Assembly: GCA_003217875.1 (NCBI GenBank)
Contig: QHMR01000017.1
Coordinates: 2,711 to 66,710 of the forward strand
Origin: Verrucomicrobiota bacterium
GTDB lineage: Bacteria; Verrucomicrobiota; Verrucomicrobiia; Chthoniobacterales; UBA10450
Length of the DNA: 64,000 nt
Reading direction: 5' to 3'
The position numbers and the translations under genes were made by a program. Shown piece after piece: positions 26,783 to 37,100 of the stretch (the stretch's first letter is position 1; every line of letters starts with the position of its first letter). Below the pieces are notes generated by a model that had not been told where the DNA came from, ran no database searches, and was given only the letters and a program-made list of their open reading frames with translations.

Positions 26783-27760
26783 TTAACACTCGGCCGGCTC
26801 AACGTGTTGTTGCACTTGGTGCACCATGGCCACGGCACCAATCAGCACGATGGCCGCAATGACCTGGTGTATGTAAAGACTGGCATGAAAGAAACCCCAG
26901 GTGATACACACGGCAGCGAGCGTTTGCATCATCTCGAAATAGCCCGCCGTCGATGCGCGCGTGAGGCGCAAGCCCTGGAAATAAATCAAGAGCGGAATTC
27001 CGCCTGAGACTGACGCGAGTAGAATCAGCCAAACCATTGCCTTCGTGGGATGCGCTTGCGCGGTTACTGGCCAGAGCGCCGCGCCATTCAGTTTGCCATA
27101 AGCCAGAAGAATCAGCGTCATGCACGTAAGCCCGACGACGATGCGCATGCTGGAGGCGAGCTGGAGGGAAGTACCCATCATAACGCCACGACCCGCGACG
27201 GTTGATAGTCCCCAGAACAGCGCACATACCAACGCATAAGCGGTGCCGATATTCAGGCCAGCGCGTTCAAACGAAACTCCAATCATGGTCGGATGTGTAA
27301 CAGAAACGAAGATGCCAGCGAGGATAGCAATGCCAGCATAAAAGAAGAATTGCCGCGCAAGCCGGTCACCAAAAAGCGCGAACGCGCCGATCGTCGAGAT
27401 AACGGGCTGGATATTTAGGATCACGTTCACCACGGTCGGGTTACCGTGTTTCAAGGCCAAGGTGAAAAAAATTGTGCCGACTGCTGAGCCGGCGAATCCG
27501 GAGAAAAGAAGGAAGCCCCACGTGTAGGCGTTGACCTTTGGAATCTCGTGCAAACGCGAGATCAAGATTGGCAGGAACATGATGAGGAGAAGTACATGCT
27601 CCCAGAAGACGATTACCTTTGCGTCGAAAACCGCATTGAGCGGAATACGCCATGCGCTTTCTGTGCCCCAAAGCGCTGCGCCCAGGGCGACTAGCCACGG
27701 GCCATAGGCTGCGCTGCGCGCGTTGTGGTTCTGCATTTCCGAATGCGGTAGTGTCGGCAT
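26783..27760 (-). CDS. EamA/DMT family transporter
   Basis: About 10 predicted TM helices with a two-fold EamA-like repeat. Confidence 0.75.
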   Translation of the reverse strand: MPTLPHSEMQNHNARSAAYGPWLVALGAALWGTESAWRIPLNAVFDAKVIVFWEHVLLLIMFLPILISRLHEIPKVNAYTWGFLLFSGFAGSAVGTIFFTLALKHGNPTVVNVILNIQPVISTIGAFALFGDRLARQFFFYAGIAILAGIFVSVTHPTMIGVSFERAGLNIGTAYALVCALFWGLSTVAGRGVMMGTSLQLASSMRIVVGLTCMTLILLAYGKLNGAALWPVTAQAHPTKAMVWLILLASVSGGIPLLIYFQGLRLTRASTAGYFEMMQTLAAVCITWGFFHASLYIHQVIAAIVLIGAVAMVHQVQQHVEPAEC

Positions 27761-27826
27761 GTTGTCACGTCAATGCGCTGCCCACATTCAATCGCCACGC
27801 AAAATGGGCCCAAAGAAGGATTGACG

Positions 27827-27870
27827 CCACAACTTATGGTGTGGTAATTAGCGCTCAACACTATGCGTTG
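27827..27870. promoter_or_regulatory. Two NrdR-box-like imperfect palindromes at the nrdR promoter and start codon
   Basis: The sites are CCACAACTTATGGTGTGG (27827-27844, just after a TTGACG -35-like hexamer) and CAACACTATGCGTTG (27856-27870, spanning the ATG). They resemble the ACAC-AT-rich-GTGT NrdR box, but the spacing is not the textbook value. Confidence 0.3.
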
Positions 27871-28417
27871 CCCCAAGTGCGGGTCTCGTGATGACAAGGT
27901 CATCGATTCCCGTCAGTCGCGGGATGCTTCCAGCATCCGCCGCCGCCGCGAATGTCTGAAGTGCAAATATCGCTTCACCACTTATGAAGAAATCGAACGC
28001 TCTGATCTCCGTGTTGTGAAGCGTAATAGAACACATGAACCGTTCGATCGGCGCAAACTAGCTACCAGCATCGCCAAAGCGTTTGAAAAACGATCTACCA
28101 GTCTTCTTACCTTAGAGGACGTGGTAGACGAGATTGTGCACGAGTTGGAAACCGGCGGGCGCGAAGTTCCTTCATCAGTGATTGGGTCCAAAGTGCTCGA
28201 AAAACTTCGCGCCCTCGATGAAGTAGCCTATTTGCGTTACGCGTCGGTGTATCAGCGATTTCAGGATGTCGACCAATTTGTAGACGCCATTCATACATTG
28301 GGACGTCGCGTAAAACCCAATGCGCTCCAGCGGGAACTGTTTCCGCCCGAGCCAGCACCGAAATCCACGCAAGGATCGCGCAACGTGCCAATCAGCAAGA
28401 ATCATGGTCGCGTTTAA
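27863..28417 (+). CDS. nrdR: Transcriptional repressor NrdR
   Basis: Zinc ribbon MRCPKCGSRDDKVIDSR...RRRRECLKCKYRFTTYE plus an ATP-cone domain. Confidence 0.95.
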   Translation: MRCPKCGSRDDKVIDSRQSRDASSIRRRRECLKCKYRFTTYEEIERSDLRVVKRNRTHEPFDRRKLATSIAKAFEKRSTSLLTLEDVVDEIVHELETGGREVPSSVIGSKVLEKLRALDEVAYLRYASVYQRFQDVDQFVDAIHTLGRRVKPNALQRELFPPEPAPKSTQGSRNVPISKNHGRV

Positions 28418-28964
28418 GGAAGAATTTCCCTATCTCCGCACAAATTCGGGACAACTCTTCGAGTTCAGCCGCGATTGGCTACACGCTGCGATCACGCGGG
28501 CGGCTGACGAAGCTGGTTATCCCAGCTGGTGGCTGACCGATCATGTAACGGAAAGCATTGCTTTTTACCTGCACCTGCGGAATGACGAAAACGTGGTCGC
28601 CTTTAGCCAGTTGTCGCAGACTGTGCGGTACGTTCTGAAAGCCATAGGTTACAAGGAGATTGTGCCGCATTTTGCGCCCTCGCCGCCACCCATTTCCATC
28701 TCGTTGCTGGATATTGCGCGGCATGCCGGCGCAGGCTATGAGCTCGCGTTTTTTGATCTTCTGGAAAAGCGAATCAGCAGCTTGATCGAAACCGGCGTCG
28801 ACAATCTTCGGCTTTGTTCGCTTCAATCTTGCGTGAAACATCTTCGCGGCGTCAAAACGTGGACACGCGCCTGCGATGCTCTGCGCGAGGAAATTGTTTG
28901 CTTCGTCCGGGAAAGACTAACAGCGGCGACTGATGCCCCACGAATGGATTGCTCCGTGCGTTGA
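28404..28964 (+). CDS. Hypothetical protein translationally coupled to nrdR
   Basis: The in-frame ATG at 28404 (MVAFKEEFPYLRTNSGQLFEF...) overlaps the nrdR 3' end by 14 nt. No family recognised. Confidence 0.55.
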   Translation: MVAFKEEFPYLRTNSGQLFEFSRDWLHAAITRAADEAGYPSWWLTDHVTESIAFYLHLRNDENVVAFSQLSQTVRYVLKAIGYKEIVPHFAPSPPPISISLLDIARHAGAGYELAFFDLLEKRISSLIETGVDNLRLCSLQSCVKHLRGVKTWTRACDALREEIVCFVRERLTAATDAPRMDCSVR

Positions 28965-29072
28965 AAATTTGGAAGATTCGGCGACACCACTTCATCTTCG
29001 GGTTTGAATTAGCGTCAGATTGCGCAGATTTACACGGACTCCCGGTTTCTGCGACTTCCAAGCTTAAATGTC

Positions 29073-29350
<278 letters not shown>

Positions 29351-29359
29351 AGCGGCTAT

Positions 29360-29644
29360 TCACGAAACAAGCGCCCAGTCGATCCCAACGATCCGCTTGT
29401 CTGCGAAGCGTTTCAGCGACTTGGGAAAAACGAGATAGGTTGCGCCTTTTCTTTCTTTGAAGCCGACGATTCCAAAGTCCGTCCCGCTCTTGCTCTTTTG
29501 AACTGTCATGACCCGATTGCTCTTTATTTGCGATTGAAGATGTCGATCGGCAGACGGCTTTTGCCAGAGAGTGTACACCTGCGGCTTGCCGCATTTTTCG
29601 ATCACTTGCGAAAAGCGCGCCGTTTTTACTTTAACGAGTTTCAT
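29360..29644 (-). CDS. Hypothetical protein (94 aa)
   Basis: ORF MKLVKVKTARFSQVIEKCGKPQVYTLWQKPSADRHLQ.... No family recognised. Confidence 0.45.
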   Translation of the reverse strand: MKLVKVKTARFSQVIEKCGKPQVYTLWQKPSADRHLQSQIKSNRVMTVQKSKSGTDFGIVGFKERKGATYLVFPKSLKRFADKRIVGIDWALVS

Positions 29645-29909
29645 AACTCATGAACAGGCGATGTATCTGCTTTAGCTTGGTCAAGGACAGTACCGGCGCG
29701 CGATATAAAAAGCTCCGCCAGAGAACTACGGCACGGAGGATCAGACTACCGTTGCTGCATTCCTGCCCTGGCGGGATTCGTAAGTCCTCAGTCCATAGCC
29801 CCTGACGGAGAGTAAATTTTCTCGCAGGAATCGCCATGCGCAACCGCGAACTCCGAAGATTTCCCCCAAGTGGAAAAATCATCGCATTGACAAGCAATCA
29901 TGGTTCTGT

Positions 29910-30131
29910 TTGCATCGCGCCGTGAAATGGCTCGCTCTGGTGTTTCTTATTGTTCTCGTCGGTATGACGAACTCCTGCACAACATTGGTTAATCGGCGCG
30001 ATCTTTACAGTCCAGAGCCTGCACCCGACTCGTTGGAGGCCGCCCGGCAGTGGTACGGCACGACCAGCACCAGAACCGCGACAACGACAACGACGCGGAC
30101 TGAAGTCGTACCGGAACTCCACCAGTACTAG
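29910..30131 (+). CDS. Small secreted Thr-rich protein (possible lipoprotein)
   Basis: A hydrophobic signal segment ends in ...GMTNSC, which is a weak lipobox. Confidence 0.4.
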   Translation: MHRAVKWLALVFLIVLVGMTNSCTTLVNRRDLYSPEPAPDSLEAARQWYGTTSTRTATTTTTRTEVVPELHQY

Positions 30132-30168
30132 CTAAAAACTACCGAAGCGTTTGCCGATTTGGCCGTTT

Positions 30169-30378
30169 CTAGCCGAATGGGAGATTCGACTTTATGCGCG
30201 CGACATCCGTCTCGTCCACGCGCGCTGCTTTGCTCAACCGCCGTTTGCGTTTAGCGTTTTTGGCGGACAACAAATGGCGTCGCGCAGAGTGTGCTCGCAT
30301 CACTTTACCACGCGCGGTGATTTTAAAGCGCTTTGCGACTGATTTACGCGTTTTGCTGCGAGCGATCGGCTTCGGCAT
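30169..30378 (-). CDS. rpmI: 50S ribosomal protein L35
   Basis: MPKPIARSKTRKSVAKRFKITARGKVMRAHSARRHLL.... It stands alone, with no infC or rplT next to it. Confidence 0.9.
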   Translation of the reverse strand: MPKPIARSKTRKSVAKRFKITARGKVMRAHSARRHLLSAKNAKRKRRLSKAARVDETDVARIKSNLPFG

Positions 30379-30455
30379 GAGGCGCGAAACATAATGGTGG
30401 CAGCGATTGTTGACAACCGGCTTTTGCGGCGCGCGTTATCCGTTAAAATTTGACG

Positions 30456-31653
30456 ATGAGCATGCCATCAAACCAAAAACCGCGCGTCGTCATCGTCGGC
30501 TCCGGATTTGGCGGGCTGGAGGCAGCCAAAAAGCTTGCCTGCAAGAATGTGGACCTCACCGTGATCGACCGCACAAATTACCATCTCTTTCAGCCGTTAC
30601 TCTATCAGGTCGCGACAGCCGCCCTCTCACCGGCCGACATTGCTGCTCCTGTCCGCGCAATCTTGAGCAGATGCAGGAACGCCGAGGTAATCCTTGCTGA
30701 AGTGCAATCGGTGAATGTCGATGCCAAGAAAGTGAAAACGGTCGACATGGAAATCGACTACGACTATCTGATTCTCGCCACCGGCGCGCGACATTCGTAC
30801 TTTGGACATGACGCTTGGGAAAAACTTGCACCGGGATTGAAGAGTCTCGGCGATGAATTTTGTCGTCATTGGTGGTGGACCGACCGGTGTTGAAATGGCC
30901 GGCGCGATCGCCGAAATCTCCCGCCACACGCTCGCCAAAGATTTTCGACACATCGATCCATCGCAGGCACGTGTTATTCTCATAGAAGGCGAGCCACGTC
31001 TGCTGGCCGCTTACCCAGAGGATTTATCGGCGAGCGCGAAGAAACAGCTAACGGATTTGGGCGTGGAAGTGCGCACCGCCTCGCGAGCAACGAACCTTAC
31101 TGAAGGAGGAGTGCAAGTGGACGGCGATTTCGTCCCCTGCCGCGTGAAGATTTGGGCCGCCGGCAACAATGCGTCATTCGTTGGGAAGACCCTGGGAATA
31201 CCGGTTGACCGGGTCGGTCGTGTTATTGTGAAGGACGATCTTACCATTCCGGGGCATCCGGAAGTCCAGGTGATTGGAGATCTGGCAAATTTTTCGCATC
31301 AGACTGGAGAGCCTTTACCGGGTATCTCGCCGGTGGCGATGCAACAGGGACGCCACGCTGCCCGCAACGTACTGGCGATGATCAAAGGGCGTAAACCGGA
31401 ACGCTTCCGTTATTGGGACAAGGGCACCATGGCTACGATTGGACGAAATAAAGCGGTCGCGGATTTAAAATTCGTCCATCTCAGCGGTCTTTTCGCCTGG
31501 CTGGCATGGCTATTCGTGCACATTGTTTTCCTCGTCGGTTTCCGCAACCGCTTGCTGGTTCTGATTCAATGGGCGTGGGCGTATATTACGTTCGACAAAG
31601 GCGCCCGGTTAATCACGCGCAACTTTCAATCGGAGCAAAGACCGCCGACGTGA
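30456..31653 (+). pseudogene. ndh: Type II NADH dehydrogenase (NDH-2) with an internal deletion and frameshift
   Basis: Part 1 reads PRVVIVGSGFGGLEAAKKL...ILATGARHSYFGHDAWEKLAPGLKSLGD, then runs out of frame to a stop at 30891-30893. Part 2 (frame of 30853) reads NFVVIGGGPTGVEMAGAIAE... to the end. The ~28-aa linker normally between GLK and the second GGGxTG dinucleotide fold is missing. Confidence 0.8.
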
Positions 31654-32084
31654 TAATCTCCCCACGGATCACCGTTCGGAATCTTCAGCGAACGGTACCA
31701 GTTAATGTTGCCATGCTCCAAGAGTTCGCGGCAAACGCCGTGCGACATTGCTTGCAGTTGCGAAAGCGAAAACCAACGGACTTGAGCAAATTACGAAACA
31801 TTTTTGTCTGGCTCATTTCGGATCGTCGGATGTCGCGATTACATCGGCAGTTTCTCGGCCAGAGCGGTCCGACTGACGTGCTGACGTTTCAACACGGTGA
31901 AATTTTTATCAGCGTTGAGACAGCCAAACGACACGCTCGCATTTTTGATAATCCGCTCGTGCGCGAGCTTCAGCTATACATCGTTCATGGCCTTCTACAC
32001 TTGCATGGTTTCGGCGATCGAACGCCAGCCGAGGCGCGCAGAATGAAAAACGTCCAGGAAAAAATTGTGAATGATGCGCTGTAG
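31650..32084 (+). CDS. ybeY: Endoribonuclease YbeY
   Basis: SDRRMSRLHRQFLGQSGPTDVLTF...IVHGLLHLHGFGDR (H-x-x-x-H-x-x-x-x-x-H zinc site). The probable GTG start at 31650 overlaps the ndh stop. Confidence 0.85.
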   Translation: MIISPRITVRNLQRTVPVNVAMLQEFAANAVRHCLQLRKRKPTDLSKLRNIFVWLISDRRMSRLHRQFLGQSGPTDVLTFQHGEIFISVETAKRHARIFDNPLVRELQLYIVHGLLHLHGFGDRTPAEARRMKNVQEKIVNDAL

Positions 32085-32194
32085 CCGGGATCGATGATCC
32101 CGGCAGAACGAATGCTACACGATCCGGCGTCACCCCGAAAGCTTTCGGGGGCCACAGGTTTGAACTGAGGGCGTGGTATGTTAGCATTTTCAGC

Positions 32195-32575
32195 ATGAGT
32201 TGCGGGCCACGGCAGCCCGGCGCGTGCCTGGTGCAGATCAAAGGAATGGAAGGAACAACTCATGCCTCGAACGAGCTGGCGGGAACGATTACGACGGTGG
32301 AGCCCACCACCGAAAAAGAAGCGCGTTCCGAAGAAGATCTTGACGTTCCCTGGCAGGTGGTGGTCCACAACGATCCCGTAAATTTGATGAGCTATGTGAC
32401 CATGGTTTTCCAACGCGTCTTTGGCTATCCCCGCGAGAAAGCAGAGAGACACATGTTGGAAGTGCATCACAAAGGCCGATCGGTCTTGTGGAGCGGCATG
32501 CGTGAGCGGGCCGAACTTTATGTGCAACAACTACACGGTTATCTCCTGCTCGCCACTCTCGAGAAAGCGTGCTGA
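32195..32575 (+). CDS. clpS: ATP-dependent Clp protease adaptor ClpS
   Basis: PWQVVVHNDPVNLMSYVTMVFQRVFGYPREKAERHMLEVHHKGRSVL. The start is uncertain; an alternative is the internal Met of MEGTT. Confidence 0.85.
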   Translation: MSCGPRQPGACLVQIKGMEGTTHASNELAGTITTVEPTTEKEARSEEDLDVPWQVVVHNDPVNLMSYVTMVFQRVFGYPREKAERHMLEVHHKGRSVLWSGMRERAELYVQQLHGYLLLATLEKAC

Positions 32576-32576
32576 C

Positions 32577-33071
32577 ATGGAAATTCGCCGGCGTAAGGAC
32601 CAGATCGAGCTCTCCGAGTTGGACCCGTTCCTGGCCGAATTGCTTCGGCAGATCCCCGCAAGCGCTGACCCCGGCGGCGTACCCGCTGCCGAGCAACGCC
32701 TCTTTAGTCCTCCAACGAATGGAAAAAAAGAAACGGAGATGTGCGCAGAGTGGAAAATGTATGTCGAACCTGAGTTGCGGCGTCTTTTTCAGACGGCGAC
32801 GCAGACCGTCGCCGCAGATTTGGAGCAACTAAATAGGAACGAAAAAGCGTTCGCAAACCGCGTCCTACGCATTCCCACCAAGCATGCCGATGCCTGGTTG
32901 AGTGCCCTTAATCAGGCCCGCCTCGTCATAGCCGCCAAAAATAACTTCACCGAAAACGAACTGAACGACCACTTTCGTTCACCAATTGGATCCCGGCGTG
33001 ACCTGAGTCTGTTTCAGGTGAATTTCTACGGCTTTCTGCAGGAATTTATCTTGCGTGAGCTGGAGTGCTAA
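32577..33071 (+). CDS. DUF2017-like protein (ClpS-associated family)
   Basis: The ATG at 32577 lies 1 nt after the clpS stop: MEIRRRKDQIELSELDPFLAELLRQIP...DAWLSALNQARLVIA. The assignment comes from memory of the actinobacterial clpS-DUF2017 pairing. Confidence 0.5.
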   Translation: MEIRRRKDQIELSELDPFLAELLRQIPASADPGGVPAAEQRLFSPPTNGKKETEMCAEWKMYVEPELRRLFQTATQTVAADLEQLNRNEKAFANRVLRIPTKHADAWLSALNQARLVIAAKNNFTENELNDHFRSPIGSRRDLSLFQVNFYGFLQEFILRELEC

Positions 33072-33091
33072 GGGAAGGCGGGCCTGAGCTG

Positions 33092-33328
33092 TCAAGCTTC
33101 CTGCTTTGCTTTGACCATCGCCATCAGCCGTTCTTTGATTGCAGTGGAGGCTTTCGCCGGGCGCAAACTCAGCGCGAATGCTTCATGCAATGCATAACAT
33201 TTGGTGATGAATTCTTCCCCCTTTTTTCCGAATTTCTTCCGCGCTTTCTCGAATTCCTCTAATTCTTCCGGTTCCAGCGTGCCGATAACGTAGAGCCGCG
33301 ACCGGTTCTGGAATTCGCTAAAGTTCAT
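33092..33328 (-). CDS. Short anti-sigma factor-like protein (N-terminal anti-sigma domain only, no TM)
   Basis: It overlaps the upstream ECF sigma gene by 11 nt. LYVIGTLEPEELEEFEKA... resembles an RskA-type N-domain. Confidence 0.5.
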   Translation of the reverse strand: MNFSEFQNRSRLYVIGTLEPEELEEFEKARKKFGKKGEEFITKCYALHEAFALSLRPAKASTAIKERLMAMVKAKQEA

Positions 33329-33995
33329 CCTTCAACTCCTTGAGGCCGTCATAAATTTTTTTGAGCCCAAGTTCAAGCCTTGTTTTTACCGTGCCTAAGG
33401 GTGTATTCGTTTTCGCGGCGATTTCGCGCTGGCTCATACCTTTAAAAAATGCGAGGTCGATTGCCTGCTGCTGGGGTGGTGGCAGGCCGGCGATGACTTT
33501 GCGAATGAGAGCGCGCGTGTCGCTCAGGACGATTTCTTCTTCAGTTGCGTTATGAACCCACGCATCAGGCTGCTGTTCAGTTTCGTTTTGCAGGCGTTCC
33601 TCGGCACGCGCATAAGCCTGCTTCTTGCGTAGACCATCGATCGCGCGGCGCCGGGCCAAGGTAACCATCCATCCAAGCGGTTTCCCTTTCTGCGCGGAAA
33701 AATTCTTCGCCTGATTCCAGATCTCCATGAAAATCTCTTGTAAGAGATCATCGGCCTCGGCTTCGTTATGAATCACTCTCAGGATAAGTGCCTTCAAAAT
33801 CCCATTATATCGATCGTAGAGCTGAGAGAGCGCGTCTGCGTCGCCGGTCTGGATCCCTTTCATCAAGTCGAAGTCACTTGGCGCTCCAGGCTCGAGCTGG
33901 GGGACAACCGTGCGCGCCTGCGCTCGCGATTTTGACAGGCGCACCCGTTTCTCTGGCTTGCGGCGCGTGGAAGCAATTACTTTGGATGGCCTCAT
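33318..33995 (-). CDS. ECF RNA polymerase sigma factor
   Basis: ALSQLYDRYNGILKALILRVIHNEAEADDLLQEIFMEIW...LPPPQQQAIDLAFFKGMSQREIAAKTNTPLGTVKTRL. Confidence 0.9.
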   Translation of the reverse strand: MRPSKVIASTRRKPEKRVRLSKSRAQARTVVPQLEPGAPSDFDLMKGIQTGDADALSQLYDRYNGILKALILRVIHNEAEADDLLQEIFMEIWNQAKNFSAQKGKPLGWMVTLARRRAIDGLRKKQAYARAEERLQNETEQQPDAWVHNATEEEIVLSDTRALIRKVIAGLPPPQQQAIDLAFFKGMSQREIAAKTNTPLGTVKTRLELGLKKIYDGLKELKDEL

Positions 33996-34146
33996 GTGTG
34001 ATCAGAAATTGCAGGAATCAGAAACAGGATCGAGCGCAGGATCGCAATCGCGTGCCTTAATCTATGCGGGCCACTTCGTCCACCGATTTTGTGATTGCAA
34101 AATCGATTGATTGCGCGGGGCGCTTTGTGCGTCAAAAGTTAAGCGC

Positions 34147-37100
34147 ATGGCACAGGGTCCGAATGACACATCTGTCGATCCGCTTTGGTACAAGGACGCG
34201 ATCATCTACGAGCTGCACGTTAAGACATTTTGCGACAGCGATGGCGACGGCATGGGGGACTTCCGTGGTCTAATCGAAAAACTGGATTATCTGCAGGAGC
34301 TGGGAGTCACCGCCATCTGGCTGCTGCCATTCTATCCGTCCCCTCTGCGCGACGACGGCTACGACATCGCCGATTATTTCGACGTCAATCCAAGCTTCGG
34401 GACACTCGATGATTTTCGTGCGCTCCTAGACGCTGCACATCAACGTAACCTGCGCGTCATTACCGAACTCGTGATTAATCACACTTCCGATCAAAATCCG
34501 TGGTTCCAAAAGTCCCGACGTGCTGTAGCCGCGGCAGCCACCGGGGTCATCGACCCCGGCTCCAGTGACAACCTTGCCTACAAGGACTTCTATGTCTGGA
34601 GCAACACCCCGGAAAAGTACAAGGATGCGCGAATCATTTTCAAAGATTTCGAAACGTCGAACTGGGCGTGGGACCCTGTCGCAAAAGCGTACTATTGGCA
34701 CCGGTTTTATTCGCACCAACCGGAGCTGAATTTTGATAATCCGACGGTGCACGATGCGGTCGAGAAGGTCTGCGACTTCTGGTTATCCATGTGCGTGGAC
34801 GGACTTCGTCTCGATGCTGTTCCGTATCTGTACGAACGGGAAGACACCAACTGTGAGAATCTGCCTGAGACGCATGAATATCTGCGCAGGCTGCGCGCTC
34901 ATGTCGAAGCGAAGTTCCCGAACCGTATGCTGCTTGCAGAAGCCAACCAATGGCCCGAGGACGCGGCCGCTTATTTCGGCAAAGGGGACGAGTCGCACAT
35001 GAGTTTTCATTTTCCGCTCATGCCGCGCATGTTCATGGGGCTGCAGATGGAAGATCGCTTTCCGATCATAGACATAATGGAGCAGACGCCGCCGATCCCC
35101 GACAATTGCCAGTGGGCGATGTTTCTGCGCAATCATGACGAGCTCACCCTCGAGATGGTCACGGATGAGGAACGCGACTACATGTATCGGGTTTATGCCA
35201 CGGATCCACACGCGCGAATTAATCTTGGCATCCGCCGGCGACTTGCTCCGCTGCTTGCAAACAGTCGCCGCAAAATCGAGCTGCTCAACACGCTGCTGTT
35301 CTCAATGCCTGGCACGCCCATCATCTACTACGGCGATGAGATCGGTATGGGAGACAATTTTTATCTGGGCGATCGCAATGGCTGCCGCACGCCAATGCAA
35401 TGGAGCCCGGACCGCAACGCGGGGTTTTCGAGAGCGAATCCGCAGCAACTTTATCTGCCGGTCACGATCGACCCTGAATATCACTACGAAGCCGTCAACG
35501 TCGAGAACCAGCAGAAAAATCTTTCCTCTCTGTTGTGGTGGACGCGGCGGGTCATCGCCATGCGAAAAAACTTCAAGGCGTTCTCACGCGGCTCTCTCGA
35601 GTTTCTCTATCCGGATAACGCGAAAGTTCTGGCATTCCTTCGCCGGTGGGAAAACGAGACTATAGTGGTGGTGGCGAATCTTTCACGGTTCGCACAGTCG
35701 GCGGAGTTGGATCTATCGCGATTCGCCGGCTGCGTGCCGATGGAAGTTTTTAGTCGTAATCTTTTTCGGCCGATCAGGAAGTCGCGCTACGTCATCACGC
35801 TCGGCCCCCATGCGTATTACTGGTTCGCGCTGCAAGCGCCCACCGAGGCTCGTCGCGCGCAAAAGAAACGCGTTGTGCCGACGCTGAAAGCATCGGCTAC
35901 GCTGGAAATCCTGCTTCACGATAGTCAGCGAGATCAGCTCGAGCGCGAAATCTTACCGATGTATGTCCGCAACTGCCGCTGGTTTGGTTCGAAGGCGCGG
36001 ACTTTTCGCGATCTCAAAGTGATCGAGCAGCTTCCCATTTCCGCGGGCGCGAACGGCGCGCAACTCTGGTTTATTGAGGTTAACTATCTGGATGCTCCTA
36101 CGGAAATATATGCGATCCCGGTAAAGATCGCCTCACACGACGCAGCGCGCTCAGTTTCCCAGAACGCGCCGCATGCAATCATTGCGCGCTTTGCAGGCAG
36201 CGACGGAGCAATTCTCTTCGACGCGATCTGGGACGAAATTTTTCGTTCACAATTGTTCGAAGCAATCGCACGTCGCCAGGCGATGAAGGCGCGCGCTGGC
36301 GATTTTGTCGGCGTCACCGCCAGCAGATTCGAGGCGGATCAAACGGTTGCCTCTGGTAATTCGCAGGTAGTCAGTGGCGAGCAGAGCAACTCGTCGATGC
36401 TCTTCGATAACAAATTTTTTCTTAAACTCTACCGTAAGATCGAGGACGGTTTGAATCCCGATGTCGAAATCAACCGGTTCCTGACAGAACAGACGGAGTT
36501 TCCAAACGTGCCAGGATTCGTGGGTGCAATCGAATATCGCCGAGCAAAAGCAGAACCAACCGTTGTCTGCATGTTACAACGCGCTGCGGTAAATGAAGGC
36601 GATGTTTGGACACGCACTGTGGATGCGGTGGGCCGCTATTATGAGCGGGTGCTGGAGCGCAAAGCTGATCTTCAGAATGAAACCGTGCCTCCGGGTGCAC
36701 TGCTCGATGAGCTGATCGGTGGCATTTACCCTGAAAAAGTAAAGCTCAACATTGCGGCGGACGTTTACTCTTCTGGAAAAGAAGTTGCCGGACCTCTCCC
36801 GAGTATTTAGGGATGAAGCGAAGGAGGTGCTCGGCGCTGAGCAGGAAATACTCACGCGTGAAAAGCGGCTGCTTGATCGCCGCACCAACGCCGCGAAAAT
36901 TCGGATTCACGGCGACTATCATCTCGGGCAGTTGCTCTATACCGGAAAAGATTTTGTCATTCTCGATTTCGAAGGTGAACCAGCCCGGCCCCTCAGCGAC
37001 CGGAAGCTGAAACGCTCTGCATTGCGTGATGTCGCGGGAATGATGCGTTCATTCCAATACGCCGCTTATAGCGCACTCTGGCAACCAGCCATGCGCAAAG

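Noticed and set aside
30379-30455. A sigma-70 promoter (TTGACA at 30409-30414) upstream of ndh
   Set aside because: I could not find a -10 element at acceptable spacing (17 +/- 1 nt). The support is too weak to list as a feature.
30846-30895. Programmed ribosomal frameshifting to explain the split ndh, HIT and treS-pep2 genes
   Set aside because: In each case conserved residues are physically missing between the two halves (about 20, 28 and 45 aa). A frameshift alone cannot restore a full-length protein. I also see no slippery heptamer at the junctions.
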